64,000 nt of DNA, from NCBI GenBank assembly GCA_965231015.1, contig OZ246408.1:211755-275754 (forward strand), read 5' to 3'. This document shows positions 40,238-50,442 of this stretch, piece after piece. Source of the stretch: an uncultured Gammaproteobacteria bacterium. GTDB taxonomy: Bacteria; Patescibacteriota; Patescibacteriia; UBA9934; CAZDDW01. A program made the translations under genes and the position numbers. Each line of letters opens with the position of its first letter. Position 1 is the first letter of the stretch. The notes under the pieces were generated by a model. The model saw nothing but the letters and a program-made list of their open reading frames with translations. It made no database searches and had not been told where the DNA came from.

Positions 40238-42166
40238 ATGGCCATTGAATTAGGAAAAATTGGTAAGGCTACTCCGGCCCCACCGCCCAAAGAACAAAAA
40301 CCGCCATCAAAAGAAAAGCAACAGGCGGCTGAAGAGAGAAAATCTCTTGAGGAAGAGAGGATTTATGCCAAGGGTGTGACTTCAGTGCGTGACTTGGTGG
40401 CTCCGGCTTCTTTTGAAGTATTCCCAACCTATCTGAGATTAAGCGGGGTTTATTTACGTACTCTGTTTGTGGTTAATTATCCACGCTACATTAGTTTAGG
40501 TTGGTCAGCGCCGATTATCAACCTTAACAACACCATGGACATAGCCATGTTTTTCTACCCGGTCAAGTCAGAAATCATTTTGAAACAATTGCGTAAGAAA
40601 GTCGGAGTGCTTGAAGCGGGAATCATGACGGATGCGGAAAAAGGAAAGCCACGTGACCCGATCAGGGAAACGGCCTTGCGCGACATTGAAAAATTACGAG
40701 ACGATTTAACACAGGGTATTGAACACTTTTTCCAGTTTGCTTTTTATATAACCATTTACGCCTCAAGTGAGGATGATCTTGAAAAGAAAACTGAAGAAAT
40801 TGAATCGATCTTTGGATCTAAGTTGATCTATTCCAAGAAAGGTTTTTATCAGGCTGAACAAGGGTTTAATTCAACCCTGCCTATTGGCAATGATGAGCTC
40901 ATGATCAGCTTTAACATGAATACCTCACCGATTGCCTCCTCTTTTCCTTTTATTAGCTCAGACCTGACTTCGGATAACGGAATTTTGTATGGAATTAACC
41001 GGCATAATAACAGTTTGATTTTGTTCGAACGGTTTAGTTTGCAAAATGCTAACTTTGTGGTTTTTGCCACTTCAGGTGCCGGAAAGAGTTATGCTATCAA
41101 GCTTGAAATTTTACGCTCTCTCATGCTGGGAGTGGACGTAATTGTGATTGATCCGGAAATGGAGTACAAACGGTTGTCCGACGCTGTGGGTGGTACCTAC
41201 ATCAACATTTCTTTGGCATCTGAATCTAAGGTGAACCCATTTGACCTTCCGCGACCAACCGGGGAGGGGGTTAAGGTAGATGATATTATTCGTTCCGCGG
41301 TTATCACTCTCAAAGGTCTTCTCAAAATCATGATCGGAATGCCGGTGGGAGAACAGGGAAAGCTTGGTTTTACTCCGGAGGAGGATTCGCTGTTGGATCG
41401 AGCCTTGTTAGAAACATATGCCAAAAAAGACATCACGGCCGATTTGGTGGATCTAACCAATATTGAACCACCGACCATGCAGGATTTGCAGGATATTTTA
41501 GAGGGAATGGAAGGAACAGAAAATTTGGTTGCTCGACTCAAAAAATATACAGAAGGTACTTTTTCCGGATTGATCAATTCTCCAACCACCGTTGAGATGA
41601 ATAATCAGCTTGTTACTTTCTCAGTCCGCGATTTGGAGGACGAATTAAGGCCAACCGCGATTTATACCATCGTTAACTACGTTTGGAACGTGGTGCGAAG
41701 TGAACGAAAGAAGCGAATTCTCGTAATTGACGAGGCCTGGTGGTTGATGCAGCACGAAGACTCAGCTAAGTTTATTTTCGCTCTTGTTAAACGTTGTCGT
41801 AAGTATTACCTCGGAGTAACCACCATTACCCAGGACGTCAACGACTTCCTTCGTTCCCCGTACGGTCAGGCTATTGTGACGAACTCAGCGCTCCAGCTAT
41901 TAATGAAGCAGTCTCCGGCCGGAGTTGATATTGTGCAAAAGACATTCAATCTGACTGACAGTGAAAAATATCTCTTGCTAGAATCCGGGGTGGGAGAAGG
42001 TATTTTCTTTGCCGGCCCAAAACATGCCGCAATTAAAGTGGTTGCTTCCTATACCGAGGATCAGATCATTACCACAGATCCACGACAACTATTAGAGATA
42101 GAAAAAGAAAAGCAGGAGTTGGAAGAAGAGCTGGCCAAGCAAGAGGGAGCTGAATCATCAACTTAA
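40238..42166 (+). CDS. VirB4-like type IV secretion ATPase
   Basis: Walker A ATSGAGKS, VIDPEMEY, Walker B VIDEAW, RKY..TQDV. Confidence 0.92.
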   Translation: MAIELGKIGKATPAPPPKEQKPPSKEKQQAAEERKSLEEERIYAKGVTSVRDLVAPASFEVFPTYLRLSGVYLRTLFVVNYPRYISLGWSAPIINLNNTMDIAMFFYPVKSEIILKQLRKKVGVLEAGIMTDAEKGKPRDPIRETALRDIEKLRDDLTQGIEHFFQFAFYITIYASSEDDLEKKTEEIESIFGSKLIYSKKGFYQAEQGFNSTLPIGNDELMISFNMNTSPIASSFPFISSDLTSDNGILYGINRHNNSLILFERFSLQNANFVVFATSGAGKSYAIKLEILRSLMLGVDVIVIDPEMEYKRLSDAVGGTYINISLASESKVNPFDLPRPTGEGVKVDDIIRSAVITLKGLLKIMIGMPVGEQGKLGFTPEEDSLLDRALLETYAKKDITADLVDLTNIEPPTMQDLQDILEGMEGTENLVARLKKYTEGTFSGLINSPTTVEMNNQLVTFSVRDLEDELRPTAIYTIVNYVWNVVRSERKKRILVIDEAWWLMQHEDSAKFIFALVKRCRKYYLGVTTITQDVNDFLRSPYGQAIVTNSALQLLMKQSPAGVDIVQKTFNLTDSEKYLLLESGVGEGIFFAGPKHAAIKVVASYTEDQIITTDPRQLLEIEKEKQELEEELAKQEGAESST

Positions 42167-42176
42167 CAATAAATAT

Positions 42177-42740
42177 ATGAGCCGACGCATCAAAATAATT
42201 TTAGCTATTCTGATTATAGTGTTGATATTATTAGCGTTGTTTTTATTGTGGTGGAATATTTGGCGACCCCAACCAGCTCCGACCACTGTTGTAGTTGTTG
42301 AAACCGAAGAGGAGGAGGTTAGCTCACCGTTTGCAATTCCGCCGATCGCGGAGTTGGATCAACGTACCGACGAAGAAATTTCTGTGGAAACTCTGGCTAA
42401 AACATTTGCTGAACGCTATGGTAGTTATTCTAACGAAAGTAATTTTGCTAATTTAGATGATTTGGAACCATTGATGACAGATAGTTTAGCCAGTGAATTG
42501 GCTGTAATGGTTGCTAATACAGATATCTCAGACATGTATTATGGAATTACTACGCAAGTAGTATCAATGAACATTATCAGCATTGATGAAACATCCGGAA
42601 CCGCTTCAATTAGTGTTTTAACACAACGTGAAGAAGCCGTTGGGGGCCCAACCAATACTGAAGTTAGTTACGAAACATTGGTTTTAGACATGGTGAAAGT
42701 TAGTGGAGTGTGGAAAGTAGACGGTGTAACATGGCAATAA
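42177..42740 (+). CDS. single-TM protein with NTF2-like fold (VirB8/TcpC-like)
   Basis: N-terminal TM; FAERYGSYS..WKVDG pattern. Confidence 0.6.
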   Translation: MSRRIKIILAILIIVLILLALFLLWWNIWRPQPAPTTVVVVETEEEEVSSPFAIPPIAELDQRTDEEISVETLAKTFAERYGSYSNESNFANLDDLEPLMTDSLASELAVMVANTDISDMYYGITTQVVSMNIISIDETSGTASISVLTQREEAVGGPTNTEVSYETLVLDMVKVSGVWKVDGVTWQ

Positions 42741-43468
42741 AAAGTGTTCAGACATTTTTCCGATCAAATAAGGCCGCGCTCGACGCGGCTCTTAAAGTCG
42801 CGTTTGATGCTGTTTTTCCTGAATTTTGTGTGGTTTGTAAAAAAGAGGGCTCACAAATATGCGAGAGTTGTCTTTTACAAGCTCGGGTTAAGGTTTTGCA
42901 CGAGCGGTGCCCATTTTGCGAACGGGTCACCGGAAGCGGTTCTGTTTGTCGACATTGTGCCAGGTTTGAGAGTTTAGATGGAGCCATTTCGGTGTCCCAA
43001 TATGCTGAACCTGCTGTGCGTGGGCTCATTAAGAATTGGAAGTATGCCAGTGACACACGAGCGCAAGAAGAGTTGGCTAAACTGGTTCGGCGGGTCTATT
43101 TGGAAAATTTTTTACCGGACTTGCCGTGGGTAATTGTGCCGGCCGGTTTGCATCGTGCCCGAGCCAATGAGCGAGGTTTTGACCAAGCATACGAATTAGC
43201 TCAAATTTTTTCGACTCAAGCTGAATGGCCGTTGCTAGATTGTTTGCGTCGAGTTAAAAACAGTCTTCCCCAGGCACGAGCCGGCCATACAAGAAAAACC
43301 CCGGGCGAGCTACGCGGGTTGTATCAAGTAATTTGTGCTGTCCCAGAGCATGTTTTGCTGGTTGACGATGTTTTGACCACCGGAGCCACCCTTGACGCAG
43401 CGGCTTACGCTTTGAAGCGGTCTGGAGCGGAAAATGTGTGGGCATTGACAATGGCCCGAGGAACATAG
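42731..43468 (+). CDS. comF: ComF family competence protein (Zn ribbon plus PRTase)
   Basis: FPEFCVVC CxxC clusters, RGFDQA, LLVDDVLTTGAT. Confidence 0.92.
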   Translation: MAIKSVQTFFRSNKAALDAALKVAFDAVFPEFCVVCKKEGSQICESCLLQARVKVLHERCPFCERVTGSGSVCRHCARFESLDGAISVSQYAEPAVRGLIKNWKYASDTRAQEELAKLVRRVYLENFLPDLPWVIVPAGLHRARANERGFDQAYELAQIFSTQAEWPLLDCLRRVKNSLPQARAGHTRKTPGELRGLYQVICAVPEHVLLVDDVLTTGATLDAAAYALKRSGAENVWALTMARGT

Positions 43469-43502
43469 CATGGTTTTTATAAGAAGCAATAATTAAAATT
43501 CT

Positions 43503-43901
43503 ATGAATGAACAACACGATGCATTTTCACCCCAGTTTAATGAGCCTCAAGATAACTCAAAAAAGAAAGAAGTTAGAGAAAAAAGAGACAGAATGGCAAT
43601 CAAGGGGAGCAGTGAAGATAGCTTTGCTCCTATGTGGGATGAAAAAGAAGCAGAGGAACATTTTTACGATCTTATAGGAGATCGTTCTGGAATGAAAGAA
43701 AATATTGAGGCATTAAAAAATCCAGATTTAGATGAACAGCAAGTCGCTGAATTGATAGATGGACTAAATAGTATGGGAAAAAGTGGTGGTCAGAGCGGTG
43801 AAATAGGCGCAGACTTTTATTTAGAGCTTCCTTCGGGATACAATGTGCATGCTCAATATCAGGCCTCTGGTGGACGGTTAAGTTTTTCACTCATGAAATA
43901 G
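43503..43901 (+). CDS. hypothetical protein (AT-rich)
   Basis: 132-aa ORF, A-rich codons, next to tRNA 3' ends. Confidence 0.6.
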   Translation: MNEQHDAFSPQFNEPQDNSKKKEVREKRDRMAIKGSSEDSFAPMWDEKEAEEHFYDLIGDRSGMKENIEALKNPDLDEQQVAELIDGLNSMGKSGGQSGEIGADFYLELPSGYNVHAQYQASGGRLSFSLMK

Positions 43902-43910
43902 CAGGAAAAG

Positions 43911-43938
43911 AAAAATCTCGGTCTGAACCGAGATTTTT
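43911..43938. terminator. bidirectional terminator
   Basis: AAAAATCTCGGT-CTGA-ACCGAGATTTTT. Confidence 0.7.
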
Positions 43939-43982
43939 ATATTCTCTTAACACAAAAACCATGACCAAAGCCATGATTTTTG

Positions 43983-44072
<90 letters not shown>

Positions 44073-44120
44073 GTTTTCTTTTATTGGAGCTAAAAACAGG
44101 CTTTAGGCCTATTTTCAACT

Positions 44121-44210
<90 letters not shown>

Positions 44211-44266
44211 GAATGTGGGGAAAGGATACTAGATTTTTAGAAAAAAATCAAGTAAAATAGACTTGT

Positions 44267-44788
44267 ATGTTAAAGAACAAAAAAGAGGAAAACCAGGAAG
44301 AAATAGAGGATATCGGGGTGGGTCAGCCACTTTTAGCTTGGGAAGTGGATGAATATGAGCGTCACGACCGTGGTATTCAGTGGTATGTTGTTTCAATAAT
44401 TATTGGAACAGCTTTGATTATTTATGCTTTAGCCACAGCCAATTTCATGTTTGCCGTCATTATTATTATGGTGGGGGTGATTTTATTTTTAACCGGCATG
44501 AAGCATCCAAAACGTATCCCTGTTGTTTTGATTGACAACGGATTGTTGATTGGGGAAGTTTTTCACCCTTTCCGCATGATGCGTGACTTCTCAGTGATCT
44601 ATGATCCCCCAGAGGTTAAAGTGTTGTATATTGATTTCCACAGCGTTTGGCGACCGCTTATGTCGATTCCGCTTAAGGATACTGATCCGGTAGTGGTGCG
44701 AGAATGTTTAATGCCGTTTGTAGTTGAAAATTTAAATCGCAACGAAGAGAGCTTGACAGATCTGGTGTCTAGACTGTATAAGTTATAA
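44267..44788 (+). CDS. conserved CPR membrane protein (two TM plus PH-like domain)
   Basis: LLAWEVDEYERH..WY, two TM segments. Confidence 0.75.
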   Translation: MLKNKKEENQEEIEDIGVGQPLLAWEVDEYERHDRGIQWYVVSIIIGTALIIYALATANFMFAVIIIMVGVILFLTGMKHPKRIPVVLIDNGLLIGEVFHPFRMMRDFSVIYDPPEVKVLYIDFHSVWRPLMSIPLKDTDPVVVRECLMPFVVENLNRNEESLTDLVSRLYKL

Positions 44789-44789
44789 G

Positions 44790-44911
44790 CAAATAGTCCA
44801 AAAATTCTCCAACTGCTGCGTTGTGGGGCCCCTCTGACTCGTCGACGTACCAACGTACGCCTCCTCGTCAGTTTCCCCACGCCTTGCACTTGGAGCTTTT
44901 TGAACCATTTG
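44790..44911. mobile_element. MITE-like non-autonomous element
   Basis: imperfect TIRs CAAATAGTCCAAAAA / TTTTTGAACCATTTG; internal CTGCGTTG..GACGTAC-GTACGCCTC..CGCCTTGC hairpin. Confidence 0.6.
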
Positions 44912-44921
44912 AAAATTATAT

Positions 44922-44998
44922 GCACCCGTAGCTCAGCCGGATAGAGCGTCAGCTTGCGGAGCTGAAGGCCGCACGTTCGAGTCGTGCCGGGTGCGCCA
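44922..44998 (+). tRNA. tRNA-Arg(GCG)
   Basis: GCACCCGTAGCTCAG..TCAGC-TTGCGGA-GCTGA..GTTCGAGTC..GGGTGCGCCA. Confidence 0.95.
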
Positions 44999-45091
44999 TT
45001 AAATAAAATCCAAACCTCGCCAAAAGGCGGGGTTTTTGTTATTCTCCCTATTCGCGCGAATTGGGGGTATAGGTTATAATCGGTTTAGTGT

Positions 45092-47143
45092 ATGATTTTT
45101 CTCGACAACAAAGTAACAACTTTACCTGGAATTGGGCCGGTAGTGGCCAAGGATTTTAAGAAACTTGAAATTATCACCATTCGAGATCTTTTGTTGTATT
45201 TTCCGTTTCGGTATGAAGATTTGTCAAAAGTTAGCTCGATTGAGGATTTGGTCCCCGATGAAGTAGCGACCGTGCAGGGTCGGGTGGTAAATATGAAAGC
45301 GCGGCGTTCGTCTCGGAAACGGATGATGCTGACCGAGGGAATCGTGGAGGATGATACTGGTCGAATAAAAGTTGTCTGGTTTAATCAGCCATACTTGGCT
45401 AAGAGTTTTCGTCCCGGAATCCAGGTGTCATTATCTGGGCGGGTTGATGATAAATATGGTTTGTCACTTGTGAATCCGATTTATGAGATTTTGAAGTCGA
45501 ACGAGACCGTGCATACGGGTCGCATCGTTCCCGTGTATCCGCTTACCGGATCGTTAACTGGCAAACGGCTTCGGAACGCGATTCATACGTCTTTGAAAGC
45601 GGCAGGACAAATGGAGGACTGGTTACCCGATGAGTTGCTCGACAACGAGGACTTTTTAGATTTACCAACCTCGATTAGAACGATTCATTATCCGAGTGTC
45701 CTAGAAGAGCTCGAAGCGGCTATCCGACGGATGAAGTTTGATGAACTGTTTTTGCATCAACTAATGTTTGCTCGGGCTCGTGAGGAACAAGCAAGCTTGC
45801 CAGCCCATGCAATGAATAGAGATAAGAAGGCCGAAAATAGGTTTAAGAAATCGTTTCCGTTTGATTTAACCAAGGCCCAGGATCGCTCAGTGGACGAGAT
45901 TCTTAATGATCTTACTCATGACAATCCCATGAACCGATTACTCGAAGGAGACGTTGGTTCAGGTAAGAGTGCGGTAGCGGCGTGTGCTTTGGAAGCTTGT
46001 GCCCGAGCAATGTTTCAGGCAGCATATTTAGCCCCGACCGAGATATTGGCCAAGCAACAGTATGAAGAAATGAAAAAGGTGCTATCTGACTATCGAGTTG
46101 CTTTGCTCACTAGATCAGAATTTCGAATCTCAGATTCAGATCAAGTATCCAAGGATGAAATAAAAGATGAGTTGAGCTCGGGTAAAATTGATGTTGTAGT
46201 AGCAACCCATGCATTACTCCAAGATGGATACAAGTTTTCAAAACTTGGTCTACTCGTGATTGATGAGCAGCACCGGTTTGGGGTTAAGCAACGTCAGGAG
46301 TTGATTGCGCGATCAGGTGATACTGCACCGCATTTGCTTTCAATGTCAGCCACGCCAATTCCTCGTTCGCTCGCCTTGTCGGTTTACGGGGACTTAGATC
46401 TATCAATTTTGGATGAGCTTCCCGCAGGGCGAAAACCAATCGATACTAAGATTGTGACCAGTAAAAACATGTCGAGCGCCATCAAGCTCATGGATGTCTC
46501 GATTAAAAATGGTCAGCAGGTTTACGCGGTATGTCCTTTGATCGATCCATCCGACAAACTTGGAGCTACTTCTGTAACTGAGTTTTCGGACGAATTGAAA
46601 TCTGGACCGCTCAAGAAGCACCGCATCGAGATTTTGCATGGCAAGCTCAAAACCGCAGATAAGCAGGATGTAATTGATCGGTTTGTGGCCGGAGCAATCG
46701 ACATCCTGGTCTCGACCACTGTGGTTGAAGTCGGGGTGAACGTCCCAAATGCCACAGTGATGTATATCGAGGGGGCTGATCGGTTCGGGTTGGCACAGTT
46801 GCACCAGCTCCGCGGTCGGGTGGGACGGTCAGATTTGAAATCGTTCTGTCTTTTGCATACCGAATCGTCCTCGGGAAAAGCACCCGAGCGTTTAGAGGCC
46901 ATGGTAAAAAGCCAAGATGGTTTTGAGTTGGCTGAGAAAGATCTCGAACTTCGCGGGGCAGGGAATATTTTTGGCACCGCTCAATCTGGTTTTGCTGACT
47001 TTAAACTCGCGACTTTGGCTGACGTGGACATAATGAAAAAAGCCCGGGATTGGGCTCAAAAAGTAATGAATAAAGGTTTGAAGAAGTACCCTGGAATATC
47101 AGATCGACTGGAAGCAGAATATCACGAAGTTCATTTTGAATAA
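45092..47143 (+). CDS. recG: ATP-dependent DNA helicase RecG
   Basis: MNRLLEGDVGSGKS, DEQHRFG, SATPIPR, QLHQLRGRVGR. Confidence 0.97.
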   Translation: MIFLDNKVTTLPGIGPVVAKDFKKLEIITIRDLLLYFPFRYEDLSKVSSIEDLVPDEVATVQGRVVNMKARRSSRKRMMLTEGIVEDDTGRIKVVWFNQPYLAKSFRPGIQVSLSGRVDDKYGLSLVNPIYEILKSNETVHTGRIVPVYPLTGSLTGKRLRNAIHTSLKAAGQMEDWLPDELLDNEDFLDLPTSIRTIHYPSVLEELEAAIRRMKFDELFLHQLMFARAREEQASLPAHAMNRDKKAENRFKKSFPFDLTKAQDRSVDEILNDLTHDNPMNRLLEGDVGSGKSAVAACALEACARAMFQAAYLAPTEILAKQQYEEMKKVLSDYRVALLTRSEFRISDSDQVSKDEIKDELSSGKIDVVVATHALLQDGYKFSKLGLLVIDEQHRFGVKQRQELIARSGDTAPHLLSMSATPIPRSLALSVYGDLDLSILDELPAGRKPIDTKIVTSKNMSSAIKLMDVSIKNGQQVYAVCPLIDPSDKLGATSVTEFSDELKSGPLKKHRIEILHGKLKTADKQDVIDRFVAGAIDILVSTTVVEVGVNVPNATVMYIEGADRFGLAQLHQLRGRVGRSDLKSFCLLHTESSSGKAPERLEAMVKSQDGFELAEKDLELRGAGNIFGTAQSGFADFKLATLADVDIMKKARDWAQKVMNKGLKKYPGISDRLEAEYHEVHFE

Positions 47144-48460
47144 TTAAAGTTCGGAAACAGTTTTTATGGCTCGGGTTTCAAAATCCGGGATTTTTGTTTT
47201 TGTTCGTTCTGGAATCCAGACTGCGTTCATACCAAGTCGAGCAGCTTCTTTGAGTCGACGTTCAGCAAAAGACACACTCCGCACTTCACCACCCAAACCA
47301 ACCTCACCAAAAATAATGGTTCCAGGTTCGACTTGCTGATTTTTTACCGCTCCAACAATAGCCGCAGCTACTGCCAGGTCGGCGGCCGGTTCGTCTAAGC
47401 TCAGTCCACCAATCACGTTAATGAATACGTCTGACTCACTAAGTTTTAATCCGGCTCGTTTAGATAATATGGCGCAGAGCATCTGTAGCCGGTTGGTGTC
47501 GAACCCAGAAGCCTTACGCACCGGAGTTCCATAAAAAGATTTATCAACTAAAGCCTGAACTTCAACAAGGAAGACTCGTGACCCCTCGACAGTGGCAGTG
47601 ACGACTGAACCCGGAGAGTTGCTACGCTCGGCTAAAAATCGTTCGGATGGATTTTCAATGGCGACCAAGCCGAGTTCATTCATTTCAAACACGCCAATCT
47701 CATCGGCAGAACCAAATCGGTTTTTGGTGGCGCGTAGAATACGCGTGGCATGCACAGGGTCGCCTTCTAAACTTAAAACCACGTCCACCAAATGTTCAAG
47801 AGTCTTGGGTCCGGCCACAGATCCGTCTTTAGTTACTTGTCCAACAATCAAAATCGGTAGGTCATTTTTTTTGGCGAGCTCTACGAGCATAGCTGTGGCT
47901 GCCCGGACCATGTTAGGCAAACCAGCCGTACTTTCGATCTCACTCGAGGTCAATGTTTGAGCTGAATCAACAATGAGTAGAGCCGGCATGGCTTTTTGAG
48001 CGGTAGCCACGACTCGTCCGACATCGGTTTCTCCAAGGTAGGCGATTTGGTCGGGTTTTATTGAGAGCCGCTGCAAACGTCCGGCCAATTGTCCGGCTGA
48101 CTCTTCACCGGAAGCATATATTATTTGTCCGGACATCTGGCCGGCAATTTGAGCAACGAGCGTTGACTTACCGATTCCCGGTTCACCGGCAATTAAAACT
48201 ACGGCTCCGGGCATAATTCCGCCTCCAAGAACACGATCTACTTCAGAAATTCCGGTCGCAGATCTGACTTGTGAGCTCGAGTCAATGGTCAAGGATTCCA
48301 GATCGCCGGGCGAATAGCCATTCGCTCCTACGCCTTTTTTCTTCTTCAAAGACAAAGCCGGTGCGGAATCATCCTCCCGCACCGTGCCCCAGGCCCCACA
48401 TTCGGTACATCGCCCGGCCCACTTAGCAAATTGTGCGTCACATTTTGAACAACAGAACAT
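47144..48460 (-). CDS. radA: DNA repair protein RadA/Sms
   Basis: Zn finger, GEPGIGKST, KNRFG, GEVGLGGE. Confidence 0.97.
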   Translation of the reverse strand: MFCCSKCDAQFAKWAGRCTECGAWGTVREDDSAPALSLKKKKGVGANGYSPGDLESLTIDSSSQVRSATGISEVDRVLGGGIMPGAVVLIAGEPGIGKSTLVAQIAGQMSGQIIYASGEESAGQLAGRLQRLSIKPDQIAYLGETDVGRVVATAQKAMPALLIVDSAQTLTSSEIESTAGLPNMVRAATAMLVELAKKNDLPILIVGQVTKDGSVAGPKTLEHLVDVVLSLEGDPVHATRILRATKNRFGSADEIGVFEMNELGLVAIENPSERFLAERSNSPGSVVTATVEGSRVFLVEVQALVDKSFYGTPVRKASGFDTNRLQMLCAILSKRAGLKLSESDVFINVIGGLSLDEPAADLAVAAAIVGAVKNQQVEPGTIIFGEVGLGGEVRSVSFAERRLKEAARLGMNAVWIPERTKTKIPDFETRAIKTVSEL

Positions 48461-48463
48461 AAG

Positions 48464-49786
48464 CTAATTACATGGTGGAGCGGTATAACATGATTGAGTA
48501 GTGTTGTTTCCCGGTGTTGTTTGGAAATGCCAAATTTCTCCAGTGTAACGCAACCAACCGGCACTGTACATAATTTCTGCCAGTAAACGAACTGCTTCCG
48601 GATCAGCACTTGATTGACTACTATAGGAAACATTCCAAGAAAGATCTCCATCGCTGTCGCGGTATTTGATATCGACTGCAGTACCGGTTCCGTGAGCAGA
48701 AGTGCCTGGCCAAGCCACGGCTGAAGGAACTCCGCTCATATTTTTACAAGCCAATTCAAGTTGTCTGGCCAATGATCGGTAGGTTCCTATCACTACCAAG
48801 GTGACATTTTCTTCGCGTGCTCGATCTGCAGCTTGCAACAAAGCATCCAACGCGTCAGGGGTTAAGTAATGACCGGCCGAGGCTTCGAGTCCTGGGTAAT
48901 CCGTTGGCACAGATTCAAGCTCACTTGGACTGGTCATGCCTTCAGTTTTTAGACCCGGAACAAGTGCTTCTAAAGCATCAGTATCGGTTCCGTTAGCTGT
49001 ATCGTTGCAAAAATCTCGGCACTCATCGTGGGTGCTACACAATTTTGAGGCTCCGGAAGAATAGGTGGCGTCATATTCCTCTTCGTTTTGGATGGGTTGA
49101 AAGGGAACATTTCTTACAGACAGGGTTTCAAAACTGGTTAAGCCAGGCGAGACAGTGTTTAAGATAACGTAACTTCCAAGCAAAATAACAAAACCGATTA
49201 CAGCCGACCTGATGCGTTCTTTAGCCTTTTGTACCTCCCCGGTGCCCTTACCGATCATGTACTGAACCCCACCGATCATAATCACCACGGTGGCCACAAT
49301 TACCCCAGCCCCAATCAACCATGTGTACCAAGCGTTAACATATTCACCCAGCAGATTGATTTTTAAGTTGTCACCCTCTTGTAAAATTTCAGAAAAACTG
49401 AAGTTGGGAATCTCAACGTTTAAGATAGGGATAATCGGCGGGGCGAGCGGAGGTGCTTCTTCTGTGATTTTGTTTAGTGCGACTAGAGCAGCATCAGCTT
49501 GGTCATTAGTGTATTCACATGCTGCTTCTTGTTCATCTAGATCAGCTTGTTGGGGCCATAAATAAGTTAAAGGGTCATACTTGTCTCCGTAATAGGTTTG
49601 ACAAATGCTTTTACATTCAGCATCGTCTGAAATATTTTGTTGTGTTTTTATGGATAAAGGAAAACACTGAAGAACCTCCTGGTCATTAACATAACAGAAA
49701 CATTGGCTGGAATCATAAGCAAAAACAAAAGCCGGTAAAATGATTCCTGTCAGCAGGATTAGACCGATGATGAATTTATTCTTCAT
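48464..49786 (-). CDS. CPR pilin/TrbC-like domain fused to D-Ala-D-Ala carboxypeptidase (VanY/M15B)
   Basis: IMIGGVQYM..AKERIRSAVIG..ILNTVSP pilin-like TM hairpin; YRS..Q, PGTSAHGTGTAVD, EIWHF M15 motifs. Confidence 0.8.
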   Translation of the reverse strand: MKNKFIIGLILLTGIILPAFVFAYDSSQCFCYVNDQEVLQCFPLSIKTQQNISDDAECKSICQTYYGDKYDPLTYLWPQQADLDEQEAACEYTNDQADAALVALNKITEEAPPLAPPIIPILNVEIPNFSFSEILQEGDNLKINLLGEYVNAWYTWLIGAGVIVATVVIMIGGVQYMIGKGTGEVQKAKERIRSAVIGFVILLGSYVILNTVSPGLTSFETLSVRNVPFQPIQNEEEYDATYSSGASKLCSTHDECRDFCNDTANGTDTDALEALVPGLKTEGMTSPSELESVPTDYPGLEASAGHYLTPDALDALLQAADRAREENVTLVVIGTYRSLARQLELACKNMSGVPSAVAWPGTSAHGTGTAVDIKYRDSDGDLSWNVSYSSQSSADPEAVRLLAEIMYSAGWLRYTGEIWHFQTTPGNNTTQSCYTAPPCN

Positions 49787-50441
49787 AACGAGTCAGTTCA
49801 AGTAATAATTCACGGACGCGTAATTCGAGTTCAGTTGTCGTCATAGAGCCGGTGTAAGAGAATTCATTGATGAAGATGGTTGGAGTAGCGACTAGATTCA
49901 AACGTAGAGCTTCTTCATAAGTGCGTTGTACAAGGGGCAAAGTTTCATTGTTTTCGTAACACTCTGAAAAAGCCTCTCTGTCAAGTTCCAGATAGTCAGC
50001 TAAGCTGTAAAAAAAGTTACGGCTGATTTGATTTTGATTTGCGTACAAAAGGTCATGGTATTCCCAAAATTTACCCTGGTTGCCCGCGCAGTATGAAGCT
50101 ACAGCGGCCGGAGTAGCCATTTCATTGGCTCCATCGTTCGGGACGGCTTTGTAAATATGCCGAACATCGTTAGGTAATAGCTGTTGAATGTAGAGAATAG
50201 ATTCAGCCATTTCTTGGCAAGCCGAACAAGTAAAATCGGTATATTCAACAATAGTGATGGTGGCGTCAGTTGGACCACGAGACGGATCAATGTAGGTGAT
50301 CACCGGTTCGCTAAGGATTGTCTGATCCTCTTCTGAATCATTAGAAGTTTGAGGTGGGCGAGTGGCTATGTAGAAACTAGCCAAGACTAAACCGGTTAAA
50401 ATCAGTACAGCTACCCAGGCAATAATGCGTTTGTGTCCCAT
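49776..50441 (-). CDS. DsbA family thiol-disulfide oxidoreductase
   Basis: EYTDFTCSAC, QGKFWEYHD, ATPTIFIN. Confidence 0.9.
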   Translation of the reverse strand: MGHKRIIAWVAVLILTGLVLASFYIATRPPQTSNDSEEDQTILSEPVITYIDPSRGPTDATITIVEYTDFTCSACQEMAESILYIQQLLPNDVRHIYKAVPNDGANEMATPAAVASYCAGNQGKFWEYHDLLYANQNQISRNFFYSLADYLELDREAFSECYENNETLPLVQRTYEEALRLNLVATPTIFINEFSYTGSMTTTELELRVRELLLELTRYEE

Positions 50442-50442
50442 A

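Noticed and set aside
34519-42740. Integrated conjugative element or prophage
   Set aside because: No integrase, relaxase, att repeats or phage genes; composition and SD-less starts match the core genome.
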